Source of the DNA: a virus
Virus record (IMG/VR): IMGVR_UViG_3300010885_055964
Location: 114,027-178,026 of that record
DNA: 64,000 bases
Reading direction: 5' to 3' (one strand)
The stretch's first letter is position 1. Each line of letters starts with the position of its first letter. Positions 38,530 to 47,957 of this stretch are shown here, piece after piece. A program made the translations under genes and the position numbers. The notes under the pieces were generated by a model. It did no database searches. It was not told the origin of the DNA and saw only the letters and a program-made list of their open reading frames with translations.

Positions 38530-39993
38530 ATGTATTTAAATGTGACTCGTTATGGGAAGAACATAATGCCAATACCAGTTAAAGATCAGTTTACTAATGA
38601 TCAAATACAAGATATAAAAACCTTTTTTAATCAAGGGAAAACCAGAGCAGAGATAGGAGTAATTTATAATAAACCACCTAGGACTATAGGGAAGTTATTA
38701 AATATTTTAGGAATTAAAAGATCACATTCCGAGGCTGCTAAATTAAAAATATTTTCACCAATAGACAATATGGAATCTATAACTATAATAAAGTCAATGC
38801 GTAATACTCATAAGCTAGAAGATATAGCGACGAGCTTAAACTCTTCAATTAGTGCTGTTCAGAGGATATGCAAAAAATATGCTATAGATTTACCAACAGA
38901 CTATCAAGAGCAGCAGGCGAAGAGGTTAAGGGATGCTTGGACCAATAGCATGAAAGAAGTAGCTTCTGTAAAATCAAAACAAAGATGCACCGAAGATATA
39001 AGGAATAAACTAAGCAAGGCTTCTAAACTAAGGTGGAAAGAAGATAAATATAGAGAGGTCCAAGCCGAGCATAGGTCCAAACAAGCTTTTAATATATCAT
39101 CTATTCAACAATATTTGTACGACATTTTGGATGATATAGGGGTAAAATATTATAGAGAATACAAAGACAAGCAGAATGATCCGGAGACTGTTATTGGGCC
39201 ATATAATTTCGATTGTGTGATACCAAGAAATAATAAACCCACTCTTTTGATCGAATGCCAGGGAGATTATTGGCACACAATAGATAAAACTATAAGGAAA
39301 GACAATCAGAAAAGTTCATATATATCCAACAACTTTGCGAATGAGTATGAACTGAAAACATTGTGGGAACATGAATTCAAATGCCACGATAAGATCATGG
39401 AATTATTAAAATATTGGTTGGGTATAACCAAATTGGAAGTAATAGAATATGAGTTGAATCAGGTTATTATTAAGAAAATAGACGTTAAGGAAGCTAATAC
39501 TCTACTAGACAAATATCATTACTTGTCTGGGTGTGGTAGAGGAGGAATTATCTATGGTGCGTATCTAGATGATAGATTAATAGCTGTTTGTTGTTTTTCA
39601 TCATTAATTAGACAAAATCTGCCATATGATCATATTACTAGTAGGGAATTGTCTAGGTTCTGTATACATCCTAAATATCAAATGAAAAATTTTGGTAGTT
39701 GGTTTATAGCACGATGTATAAAACTTCTTCCGGCCAGCATTAGTTTAATCATATCATACTGTGATACTACATTTAATCATGATGGGGCTTTATACAAGGC
39801 ATGTAACTTCTCATTCGATGGCATGGTGCGACCAGATTATTGGTATGTTAATCAAACAAGATGGATTATGCACAAAAAGACTTTATATAAGCATGCGAAG
39901 AAGATGTCTATGACAGAGGTAGAATTCGCAGATAAGAATGGTTATAAGCGAGTGTATGGATCTGAGAAGTTAAGATTCATATATCGAAGGTAA
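38530..39993 (+). CDS. Vsr/DUF559-like endonuclease fused to Mom-like GNAT domain (copy B; HTH N-terminus)
   Basis: IGPYNFDC..LIECQGDYWH; YHYLSG...ELSRFCI...ISYCDTTFNHDGALYKACNF; two HTH-like segments. Probable start is the ATG at 38566. Confidence 0.75.
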   Translation: MYLNVTRYGKNIMPIPVKDQFTNDQIQDIKTFFNQGKTRAEIGVIYNKPPRTIGKLLNILGIKRSHSEAAKLKIFSPIDNMESITIIKSMRNTHKLEDIATSLNSSISAVQRICKKYAIDLPTDYQEQQAKRLRDAWTNSMKEVASVKSKQRCTEDIRNKLSKASKLRWKEDKYREVQAEHRSKQAFNISSIQQYLYDILDDIGVKYYREYKDKQNDPETVIGPYNFDCVIPRNNKPTLLIECQGDYWHTIDKTIRKDNQKSSYISNNFANEYELKTLWEHEFKCHDKIMELLKYWLGITKLEVIEYELNQVIIKKIDVKEANTLLDKYHYLSGCGRGGIIYGAYLDDRLIAVCCFSSLIRQNLPYDHITSRELSRFCIHPKYQMKNFGSWFIARCIKLLPASISLIISYCDTTFNHDGALYKACNFSFDGMVRPDYWYVNQTRWIMHKKTLYKHAKKMSMTEVEFADKNGYKRVYGSEKLRFIYRR

Positions 39994-40042
39994 TATGGTC
40001 TGTAATGCCTTCTGTGGTAGAGAAGGATTAATGGTTAGCAGT

Positions 40043-40073
40043 GGTCAAATATAACGAAAAGGAGAATAATATG
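40043..40073 (+). repeat. 31-bp promoter-RBS-ATG cassette, copy 1 (copy 2 at 43510-43540)
   Basis: GGTCAAATATAACGAAAAGGAGAATAATATG versus GGTCAAATAAAACGAAAAGGAGAATAATATG, 30/31 identical. Confidence 0.9.
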
Positions 40074-40229
40074 ATACGGAATGGCGACCACAATGAATTC
40101 TGTAGTTTCGTATTCAACAGCACAGCTCCAAATAGATATGAAATGGTGCTGGAGTTATCTAAATATAAGAAGGTAGATTGTTATGAGGAGTATGCAAATG
40201 TCCTATGTGGTAACACATTGGCAAGGTGA
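40071..40229 (+). CDS. small hypothetical protein (52 aa)
   Basis: The ATG at 40071 follows an AGGAG RBS within the cassette. Confidence 0.5.
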   Translation: MIRNGDHNEFCSFVFNSTAPNRYEMVLELSKYKKVDCYEEYANVLCGNTLAR

Positions 40230-40288
40230 GTATAGATGGTTAACGATATGAATGTTGCAAAAATCAAATATATATAAAAGGATCTTCT

Positions 40289-43200
40289 ATGAGAATAGGT
40301 ATTATTGCAGAAGGCCCACGAGATGATACTAAATCATTATTATATAATAGGTTAGTCCAACGGGTGAAGTTGGCCGGATATCACTTTAAACCAATCAACT
40401 ACCGCAGCACATATAATCCCGTGGCGTGGTTTGCCAGGGTGGTACCAGACGATCCCGAGCTAGAGAAGGCGATGGGGCATGGGAACGTGATAGACATAGG
40501 TATTGTCAATGGTGAGCCAGGTCTGCGTGTGCAACAAATGGGTCATGCCACTACTTGGGAGCAATTAGAAAAGCTTATAAAACTGCGTATTGAGCGGGAA
40601 AAACGGCTATATAGTAAGGGTGCTGCATCGGTTACCAAGGCAAAGGGAATCATAGATATTCTCGATGGTTGCTGGTCTAAAAACTCTTCTACAGGCATGG
40701 TCGGTGGGTTAGTTCAGACCAAAGTTAATGATTCAGGTAGTGGGGTAATTTATCGTAATTATCTCGGTGGGTTAGTTCAGACACCAGTTAATGATTCAGG
40801 TAGTGGGGTAATTTATCGTCATTATCATTTTTCTACTCCTCAATTATCACATGCCGATTTTGAAGGGATTAGTGTATCGATAAAGGGGGCAATTATAGTA
40901 CCATTGCAAGTAGCTCGTGCAGCATCTACAGTATTTGAATACACTGCCACCGTCCGGATGTCCGTAGGGCCTATAGCCGACGGGAAATATCATGAAATAA
41001 CACTAAGCATGCATTCGAAAGTACACCCGTCTAATATAACTACATTGTTTTCCACTGAGTCTACGAAAGCGGAAGAGAGTTTACGCCAGATATCGATATC
41101 GAAGTTCAATATAAATAACAATTATCATACGTGGCCATCGGTCCGTGAGATTACTGATCTATCAAAACACATCACACAATATGGTGTGAAGATATATGTG
41201 CCGAATAATGATCTAAAAGATTATGTAAACAAAAATGTCTTGCGTGTGCTGCAAATGTTGGTTACTGGGGTGAGAATGCCAGAAATTGATATACCCCAAT
41301 CCATGGCTGAATTGAGTAGAGTGCTGCGTTCTTATCGGGCTGAGGATGAATGGTATCAACCTATAAAAGCCAAAATCGAGGATTACCTGCCAACCTACGA
41401 TCCTAATTCTGGCACGGTCAGCCGCCAAATGTCAGCTAATTCTGACGAGTTAAATTTATCGATGAACACAGATTACGGTCGCGTCAAAGTCAAGCTTGAT
41501 CGTCCTGATGATACAGGCATGCATTTGATCAAAATAGAACCTGAACAGACCGATGGTATAACTGATGACAAGCATCTTACTGCCAAGATCACATCTGAAC
41601 AAGCGTTGGATTTTTTCGATACAGTTAACTCGATGCTCGAAAAAAGCATTGTGGGAGAGAATTACAGACGAAAACTAGATATGATTTTTGAAGATGATTA
41701 TGACGATATCGGGGAAGATCTTACCGCCCAAATTAAAGAGGTCCTCAAGGACGCGATTCGGAAACACCCAGAGATTCAAGTGAAACGAAGTAACTACGTT
41801 CAGAAGGGCAATTTACACGGTCTGTTTACACTCTCTCACCCTAATGCCAAAAGATCCTTAGATATCTTGGATAATGGCAATCTGGTGGTTGGTTCTTACG
41901 GTAGCAAAAAGAGAGAGGTGAATACAGATGCGGAACTTGAGGCGGCCATCGACGACTGGGTAACTGGCAAAACAAGGAAAGCTCCTCGTGGTCCTGCGGC
42001 TCCTCCAACAGATCGGAACCTTAACCAAATTAAACAGGTAAGCAAAAGAACAGGACGCGTTGTTGAGGTGCCAATATCTTCCTTCTTCCCATACAACGTG
42101 CATCGATTGAATAAAAAGATACCGGGGGTACTAGTCTCCAAAGGCAAGCCATTCACCCTCGCTATAAGTGCCAGAGACATAGACATACCAAGTGAAATAT
42201 TTAGCAGTATGGATTTGCATCGTTTCAGCAAAGTCATCAAATCTCCTCAGGACATAGACCAAGGTCCCTCGTACAAGCACCTAGGTTGGATAGGCGGTAC
42301 CGTCGACGGTACTAGCATGCACATTGACGAGGTCCAGTCAGACCTAATGCAGCGTACTATAGAAATGACTAATCAGGAACAATTTGACATAAAGAATACT
42401 AAAACTATCGAAGATATCAAGTCTATGATTGGTCAGAAGCGGCGAGAATTAGCTACAATGAAGCGTGAGTACCAGCTAGCTCCGGTCAGTCACCGCCTCA
42501 GATTAGCTCAGGATATTAATCATGCGGTAAAAGAATTAAAGACTGCTCAAAACAACGCAGCACGGAGATATAAACTAACCGATTTTTCGCAATTCAAATC
42601 AAAGGTCGAGAATTTTTACAAGAACTGGATAGATGCCTTCTACCATGCTTGTTTTAATTATGCCCGCAAGAATGGAGTCACAGATGTTTACATTATCTCT
42701 AGTGCTATGATCAGTAAAATTTGGAGCAAGGCAAGAGGGAAAGAAGAAGAGGAAGGGAGCATATATTACCGGGCTTATGACAAGGTTGCCCAAAATCTGG
42801 GTGCTGAGAAGGTTGATGACAAATGGTGGCATATTAAATTGGATAAAATCACGCAACGTGAAGCGAAGGATCTCGAGCTGATTTCGTCGTTGCTTACCGA
42901 ACATGTGCTGTTGGAATGGGATGGGGTCGACATACGACGAATACTACAATGGTTGGAGCACGCTGGTTTTACCGTTAGCGAGATCCACGGTGCACATCAG
43001 GAAGGAGACTTTAGAAACCTCAGTATGATGGTCTCCAAGATTATCGATGGTCAGGCGATAACGACTCAAGAATATACTGATATCAATCCTGAGCAGTTAC
43101 AGAGGGCACTCAGTTTCGTGCAGTACGACGTTTCAGCAACACCGGTAGAGGAGAACGAGTACGAAGTTGAAGAATTAAAGCGTGACGCAGCGATATTAAT

Positions 43201-43447
43201 TACTGCGTACAAGATGATTGGCGATATTCCTTGTGGTATCGCAATCGCGAGTATGGAAGACCCTAACATGGAAATGTTTGTACACGAGCCAGAGAGTGCT
43301 GGTATAGGGTACGGCGGGGTGGATTTATTAAATAATCCTGGTTATGAGGAAGAGAAATATCAGGATGATCAAATGACCGATGCCGATCTGTTTGGCTTAT
43401 CACCCGAAGAAATGGACGACATATGGGATCGGCACGGTAATACTTAG
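40289..43447 (+). CDS. large multidomain protein, probably head-packaged; central GNAT-like DEVQSD domain
   Basis: 1052 aa. N-terminus MRIGIIAE|G; internal IVGE/IFE and LTE/LLE junctions; HLGWIGG..MHIDEVQSD...FYHACFNYARKNG..VYII..IYYRAYDK. Confidence 0.55.
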   Translation: MRIGIIAEGPRDDTKSLLYNRLVQRVKLAGYHFKPINYRSTYNPVAWFARVVPDDPELEKAMGHGNVIDIGIVNGEPGLRVQQMGHATTWEQLEKLIKLRIEREKRLYSKGAASVTKAKGIIDILDGCWSKNSSTGMVGGLVQTKVNDSGSGVIYRNYLGGLVQTPVNDSGSGVIYRHYHFSTPQLSHADFEGISVSIKGAIIVPLQVARAASTVFEYTATVRMSVGPIADGKYHEITLSMHSKVHPSNITTLFSTESTKAEESLRQISISKFNINNNYHTWPSVREITDLSKHITQYGVKIYVPNNDLKDYVNKNVLRVLQMLVTGVRMPEIDIPQSMAELSRVLRSYRAEDEWYQPIKAKIEDYLPTYDPNSGTVSRQMSANSDELNLSMNTDYGRVKVKLDRPDDTGMHLIKIEPEQTDGITDDKHLTAKITSEQALDFFDTVNSMLEKSIVGENYRRKLDMIFEDDYDDIGEDLTAQIKEVLKDAIRKHPEIQVKRSNYVQKGNLHGLFTLSHPNAKRSLDILDNGNLVVGSYGSKKREVNTDAELEAAIDDWVTGKTRKAPRGPAAPPTDRNLNQIKQVSKRTGRVVEVPISSFFPYNVHRLNKKIPGVLVSKGKPFTLAISARDIDIPSEIFSSMDLHRFSKVIKSPQDIDQGPSYKHLGWIGGTVDGTSMHIDEVQSDLMQRTIEMTNQEQFDIKNTKTIEDIKSMIGQKRRELATMKREYQLAPVSHRLRLAQDINHAVKELKTAQNNAARRYKLTDFSQFKSKVENFYKNWIDAFYHACFNYARKNGVTDVYIISSAMISKIWSKARGKEEEEGSIYYRAYDKVAQNLGAEKVDDKWWHIKLDKITQREAKDLELISSLLTEHVLLEWDGVDIRRILQWLEHAGFTVSEIHGAHQEGDFRNLSMMVSKIIDGQAITTQEYTDINPEQLQRALSFVQYDVSATPVEENEYEVEELKRDAAILITAYKMIGDIPCGIAIASMEDPNMEMFVHEPESAGIGYGGVDLLNNPGYEEEKYQDDQMTDADLFGLSPEEMDDIWDRHGNT
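40701..40826 (+). repeat. 63-bp tandem duplication (GGLVQT.VNDSGSGVIYR.Y)
   Basis: Two copies starting at 40701 and 40764, with 4 mismatches. Confidence 0.92.
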
Positions 43448-43509
43448 GATTTTGGCTAGTGAGACTAATATTCCTATGAAGCTATTATGTTCGATTCGAT
43501 AGTCGAGAA

Positions 43510-43540
43510 GGTCAAATAAAACGAAAAGGAGAATAATATG
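43510..43540 (+). repeat. 31-bp promoter-RBS-ATG cassette, copy 2
   Basis: Matches 40043-40073 at 30/31 positions. Confidence 0.9.
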
Positions 43541-44110
43541 CCATACAAAGTGGTTAAATCAGGTAGTGGTTACAAGGTGCGGAATAGTGATACAGGCAAG
43601 ACATATAGCCGCAAGCCTCATAAAACCAAGGCTAAAGCATTAGCACAAATGCGAGCTATATATGCTAACACTAATGAGTCTAGAGTGATAAATCCGCTAG
43701 TTCGCAAATTAGAGGAAGCTATGGACATGCGTGGTATATCGCCTGTTATTCCACATTTAGATGCTTTCACTAGTGCATATATGGATACGGCACTATGGTC
43801 TAGCATTGATAATGGTCATCCTTTAGACCGTGGATATGATATTCGTGATATATCTGATGAGACTAAGGCAGAGATGATTGCTGACTGTGCCGATTTTCAG
43901 GAATCTGCTAAACCATGGCTCATGAAGTCGGATAAAAGAGATGCTGATGCCCAGGCTGGCAAAGATTTTTGGTTAACAAGAAATGGACATGGTGCTGGAT
44001 TTTGGGATGGTAGTTGGGGCAAAGAGGCTGGTGTGGCATTAACTAAATTAGCTAAGTCTTTCGGTGTTATGGATTTATATGTGGGTGATGATGGTAAGAT
44101 TTATAGTTGA
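43538..44110 (+). CDS. two-module phage protein (basic N-terminal module + DFWLTRNGHGAGFWD domain)
   Basis: MPYKVVKSGSGYKV...AKALAQMRAI; AYMDTALWSS...AGKDFWLTRNGHGAGFWDG. Function unknown. Confidence 0.65.
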   Translation: MPYKVVKSGSGYKVRNSDTGKTYSRKPHKTKAKALAQMRAIYANTNESRVINPLVRKLEEAMDMRGISPVIPHLDAFTSAYMDTALWSSIDNGHPLDRGYDIRDISDETKAEMIADCADFQESAKPWLMKSDKRDADAQAGKDFWLTRNGHGAGFWDGSWGKEAGVALTKLAKSFGVMDLYVGDDGKIYS

Positions 44111-44172
44111 TACGATCATATCGCTACGATTAAAAAGCCAGATCCATGTAAATTGGCCATGAGTCATATTAT

Positions 44173-44985
44173 ATGTTTATGCGTGGTAAATGTTTGGTAG
44201 TTCACCCTCTTGGTGGCTTTGGCAATAGGATGTTAGCGATATTCTCAGGTATAAGAGAATTGGCTTTATCTAGGTATGATGCTATTATTATCAAATGGGA
44301 TATTGATAGTAACTGTAATATTAATGTGTTAGATGTTTTTACTTTTAGAAACGATATTATCATAGATACTACCGACAAGTATAAGATCACTAACATAGGT
44401 GGGTATAATCAGATTATTGAAAGTGGATGGTATGATTATATCAGAACATCGACACTTTTTGACAGCCATGTACCAGTCGACGTAGAATATATTGTAGGTT
44501 GGCTTAAGGCGAATCTTCACGATCATTTAATATTTAAGTTAGTTAGACCAGACAAAGAGACAATTGGAATACATTGTAGGAGAGGTGATTGGGGCAGAGC
44601 TGATAATAATTGTAGAGAAGTAATCAACCTGGAGGATATTCAATATAATCATTTATTACTAGACTTGGCATTTTTTGAATACATAAAGAAGTATGAAGAT
44701 ACAACAATATTTATCAGCACAGATTCAGCAAGTACTTTAGCATTTTTCAGACATCAGTTCAAGGATCGATTATTTTATAATAAGAAGGTCGAATACAGTT
44801 ACACCACTACAAAGTCACCTCGATCAATGATTGAGGCTATAGAAGATTTAACATCTCTAGCGGCGTGTAAGTTAATAATTCGTGACTCTCATAGTACATT
44901 TTCATTGGTTGCTAGTATTCTAGGCTGTAAGCCTTTGGATTCATGGGATAGGCCAGTATTGATTTACTCTGGTTCAGGGCTATAA
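44173..44985 (+). CDS. glycosyltransferase, fucosyltransferase-like (GT11/GT23/NodZ-type)
   Basis: GGFGNRM, IGIHCRRGD, IFISTDS, DLTSLAACKLII..STFS motifs. Confidence 0.75.
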   Translation: MFMRGKCLVVHPLGGFGNRMLAIFSGIRELALSRYDAIIIKWDIDSNCNINVLDVFTFRNDIIIDTTDKYKITNIGGYNQIIESGWYDYIRTSTLFDSHVPVDVEYIVGWLKANLHDHLIFKLVRPDKETIGIHCRRGDWGRADNNCREVINLEDIQYNHLLLDLAFFEYIKKYEDTTIFISTDSASTLAFFRHQFKDRLFYNKKVEYSYTTTKSPRSMIEAIEDLTSLAACKLIIRDSHSTFSLVASILGCKPLDSWDRPVLIYSGSGL

Positions 44986-45074
44986 AGTGTGGCGATACTA
45001 AGCACATGTATTTTAATGTGAGTGCTGATCGTGTGGTCAGCTGCGATTTAAAGGAACCTATCAGGGAGGATCTA

Positions 45075-45446
45075 ATGCGTGGTTTATTAGTATTGGTTTT
45101 AATCTGTGTGTGCAGTGTTGCCGAAGCTCGTCCTAGACGGGTTTATAATTCTGGGTCCACATCTGCGGGTCAGTCAGCTAATAACTTCACGTATACTTCT
45201 AACACTACTTCTAGTGCTAACATTGGAAGTAGTGACCAGGAGAGGTGCCAGGCAGAAGCTAATTACATGGCAGCTAATAATATAACTGGCCATGTTTGGG
45301 GGTGCATCGGAAGTTTTGAGGGGGTTGGTTATGGTTCTAGTCCTAACTGCAACACGTGCACACCTTCGAGTCGCATGAATAATACTGGCGATGCCTCTGC
45401 CCAAGGCCGCAATGGCATGTGGTATAGGGTCAGAAGCTGGCGGTAG
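45075..45446 (+). CDS. secreted Cys-containing protein
   Basis: GGAGG RBS; signal peptide MRGLLVLVLICVCSVAEA|RP; C-terminal GHVWGCIGSFEGVG..CNTC..AQGRNGMWYRVRSW. Confidence 0.7.
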   Translation: MRGLLVLVLICVCSVAEARPRRVYNSGSTSAGQSANNFTYTSNTTSSANIGSSDQERCQAEANYMAANNITGHVWGCIGSFEGVGYGSSPNCNTCTPSSRMNNTGDASAQGRNGMWYRVRSWR

Positions 45447-45506
45447 TCAGATCGGTATATAATCGATCGGAGGCTGACGCTGAGCCAGTTGACGATTGGT
45501 ATGGTG

Positions 45507-45577
45507 TGCCTGATGGTGTAACGGTAGCACAAAGGATTTTGGTTCCTTTTGTCTAGGTTCGAATCCTAGTCAGGCAA
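45507..45577 (+). tRNA. tRNA-Gln(TTG), CCA not encoded
   Basis: Acceptor TGCCTGA/TCAGGCA; D-arm GTGT..AGCAC; anticodon stem AAGGA/TCCTT with loop TT-TTG-GT; T-arm CTAGG-TTCGAAT-CCTAG. Confidence 0.93.
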
Positions 45578-45618
45578 TTGTTCAACTGTTTCTTAACTAT
45601 TACACAGGAGTTAATATA

Positions 45619-45804
45619 ATGTTAAAGATATTTAATGCATTTCAGATGGTTGCAATGTTTGCCTTTGCCCCATTTGGTATCCAATATCTGGCTAATGCGT
45701 CTTTTCCATTTCAAGCTGCAGCTCTTTGGATTGGTATAATCATATATCTTGTGTTTTTCGTGATAATGTGGGTATGCATTGTAGCCGCAATCGAAAAGCA
45801 GTAA
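45619..45804 (+). CDS. small membrane protein (2 TM)
   Basis: 61 aa, AGGAG RBS, two hydrophobic stretches. Confidence 0.6.
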   Translation: MLKIFNAFQMVAMFAFAPFGIQYLANASFPFQAAALWIGIIIYLVFFVIMWVCIVAAIEKQ

Positions 45805-45816
45805 CATAGGTGAAAT

Positions 45817-46398
45817 ATGTACCTGTTTATCGACACAGAAACCGGAGGTATAACTACGGATTATAGTTTATTATCTATTACGGCTATCGTAACAGATAAA
45901 CATTTTAATGTGGTACCTGTGGTCGATTATCCGAATGGCATCCAATTATTCATTAAGTCTCCAAAATATGTAGTTAATGCACAGGCGTTAGCTATTAATA
46001 ATATAAACATAGTATCGCATGATAAGTCTGCAGTCTGTGTTTCGGATGCGAGACAAGCATTGTTGTCATATCTGCAAGATGCTCTTAAATTGTCGAATTG
46101 CCACAGATTTATAATGGCAGGTCATAATGTGGTATTCGATCGTATTTTCATAGATAAACATCTATTAATAGATGGTGAATTAGAGAAATATATAACATAT
46201 CCTTTTTTTGATACTGCAGTAATAGCTAGATTATTGACAACATTGGGCTTACATGACAAGGGCTTCTCTCTGGCTATTCTGATGAGCAAATTTTGCCCAG
46301 AATACCCTACGGGCACATTGCATGATTCATATTTTGATACTATGGCTACTATTAAGTTGGCTAAAAAATTCGTAGAAATACTAGGTATTCCTAAATGA
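45817..46398 (+). CDS. DEDDh 3'-5' exonuclease (DnaQ-like)
   Basis: LFIDTETGG, AGHNVVFD, LHDSYFD. Confidence 0.88.
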   Translation: MYLFIDTETGGITTDYSLLSITAIVTDKHFNVVPVVDYPNGIQLFIKSPKYVVNAQALAINNINIVSHDKSAVCVSDARQALLSYLQDALKLSNCHRFIMAGHNVVFDRIFIDKHLLIDGELEKYITYPFFDTAVIARLLTTLGLHDKGFSLAILMSKFCPEYPTGTLHDSYFDTMATIKLAKKFVEILGIPK

Positions 46399-46466
46399 TA
46401 ACATCAAAATTGATATGCATTGTAGCAGCAATCTAAAAGGGATAACTCCGGGTAATAATTCGCTCT

Positions 46467-47153
46467 ATGACTTCAATTTTGCGGCAGTTGGCCAAATACC
46501 AGCCACCAGCTCCCACACAATTAGCACCTGTAGAGGTGGTCGAAGTCCAGTCTTCTACTCATCCATATGCCGACATAGTAGAGAGGCTTTGCACACTCCC
46601 TCCCGGAGGCAAAAGATCCGAAGAAATCTTCCGATCGCTTAAAGCATTGAATGATTTCAGCCCGCCACCATTGGTAGGCAAATTATATCCGCTCGAGCTA
46701 GCCGTTTTGTATCATTTATTCTATCATCACAAGATAACCTTGAGTGATGAGGGTGTTGCTGACGCGATTTTGAACAATTTCGTTACGAGAGCCATTGGCC
46801 AAGACGGCATAGAAGAATATATGTCACAGTTAAAGAATGGGTTTGATGATTGTTCGATTAAGATCTTTTTATTTAGGGTGATGGTGGCAGCTTTTGGCCG
46901 TCGAGATAGATATACTAATAATCAGGATAAAATCGAACGTTCATTTGGGATTAAAGCTGCCCATGCTTTGGGGGCTGCTGCTGCGGCTAAGGACGCATGG
47001 AAAGGCTTAGAATATAATCAGTCAATAGCAAGTGTAGAACAGAGAATTATAGGAAGAATAGCTTACGTTGCATTTTGGCAGTGGTGCCAAGCAAGGCCAA
47101 ACTGGCAGTGTGGAGACTATTTGACTAATCATTCTATTAAATTATTGGAATGA
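46467..47153 (+). CDS. hypothetical protein
   Basis: 228-aa ORF. Confidence 0.65.
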   Translation: MTSILRQLAKYQPPAPTQLAPVEVVEVQSSTHPYADIVERLCTLPPGGKRSEEIFRSLKALNDFSPPPLVGKLYPLELAVLYHLFYHHKITLSDEGVADAILNNFVTRAIGQDGIEEYMSQLKNGFDDCSIKIFLFRVMVAAFGRRDRYTNNQDKIERSFGIKAAHALGAAAAAKDAWKGLEYNQSIASVEQRIIGRIAYVAFWQWCQARPNWQCGDYLTNHSIKLLE

Positions 47154-47238
47154 TCAATGTGTCAGTTGGCTCATATAGTATCCTACGAAAAGCGTTTACA
47201 TATGATCAAATATATTATAACTAATAGGACAGATAACT

Positions 47239-47799
47239 ATGTGGTTTATATGGAAGTCAAATCAACTATCCGAATTATCTAAACAGATAACAGATCAAAA
47301 GAATATAATAAAGAAAATAAGATATGAACAATTGGATCTGATTACACGTATTAGATATCTTGAACGGTTAATCAAAAGTGTGTGCAAGAGCAAGTTGGGG
47401 CCTGTTGGGTTCAAAATCACTAGTGAAAGGAACGGCGAAGGCATGGCAGACATGATCAGATTCAATGTAACACTTCCACCGAAGGCTGCTCCGGACGTGG
47501 TAAGCAGAGAGTTGACGATCTCGATAGGGGATAGCCAAGAAGTCAAGATGTTGGGTGCTGATGCACTCGAGGCTGAGGGGTTTGAGGGGCCGCAAGATTC
47601 CGGCGTGGTAGTATCCCTTGTGGATATTGATGATAGTGGTAATAGGTCAGAATCGAGCAGCATCAGCTTTGTGCTTGCTGATGTGGTGCCCCCGCCGATG
47701 CCAGGCACGTTGGGGGTTGTGGTACTTGATGAGCACTTCGTAGATGATGCTGTGGTCGAGCCTGCTCCTCCGTCCGAAGAGCAGTTTCCGAACACTTGA
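47239..47799 (+). CDS. hypothetical protein with C-terminal beta-sandwich-like region (possible internal start at 47443)
   Basis: AT-rich coiled N-terminal part and a more GC-rich acidic part MADMIRFNVTLPP...VSLVDIDDSGNRSE. Confidence 0.55.
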   Translation: MWFIWKSNQLSELSKQITDQKNIIKKIRYEQLDLITRIRYLERLIKSVCKSKLGPVGFKITSERNGEGMADMIRFNVTLPPKAAPDVVSRELTISIGDSQEVKMLGADALEAEGFEGPQDSGVVVSLVDIDDSGNRSESSSISFVLADVVPPPMPGTLGVVVLDEHFVDDAVVEPAPPSEEQFPNT

Positions 47800-47829
47800 T
47801 CGGATACAGACTCGCAGTATTGGTGCTTA

Positions 47830-47858
47830 GGGGGCCAAATGCATTGCATTTGGCCCCC
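47830..47858. promoter_or_regulatory. perfect 14-bp inverted repeat with 1-nt centre
   Basis: GGGGGCCAAATGCA-T-TGCATTTGGCCCCC, with no U-tract on either side. Confidence 0.7.
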
Positions 47859-47957
47859 GGCCTATATAATATATTGGGCGATAACGCATAGATGCTCGAA
47901 TTAGATATTGGTATGTATATAACATATTGGTTTGGTACATTAACGAAGGGAATAATT

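Noticed and set aside
38550-38568. Hairpin at the start of nuclease copy B analogous to copy A
   Set aside because: Only a 5-bp AT-rich stem (TTATG/CATAA), too weak to support.
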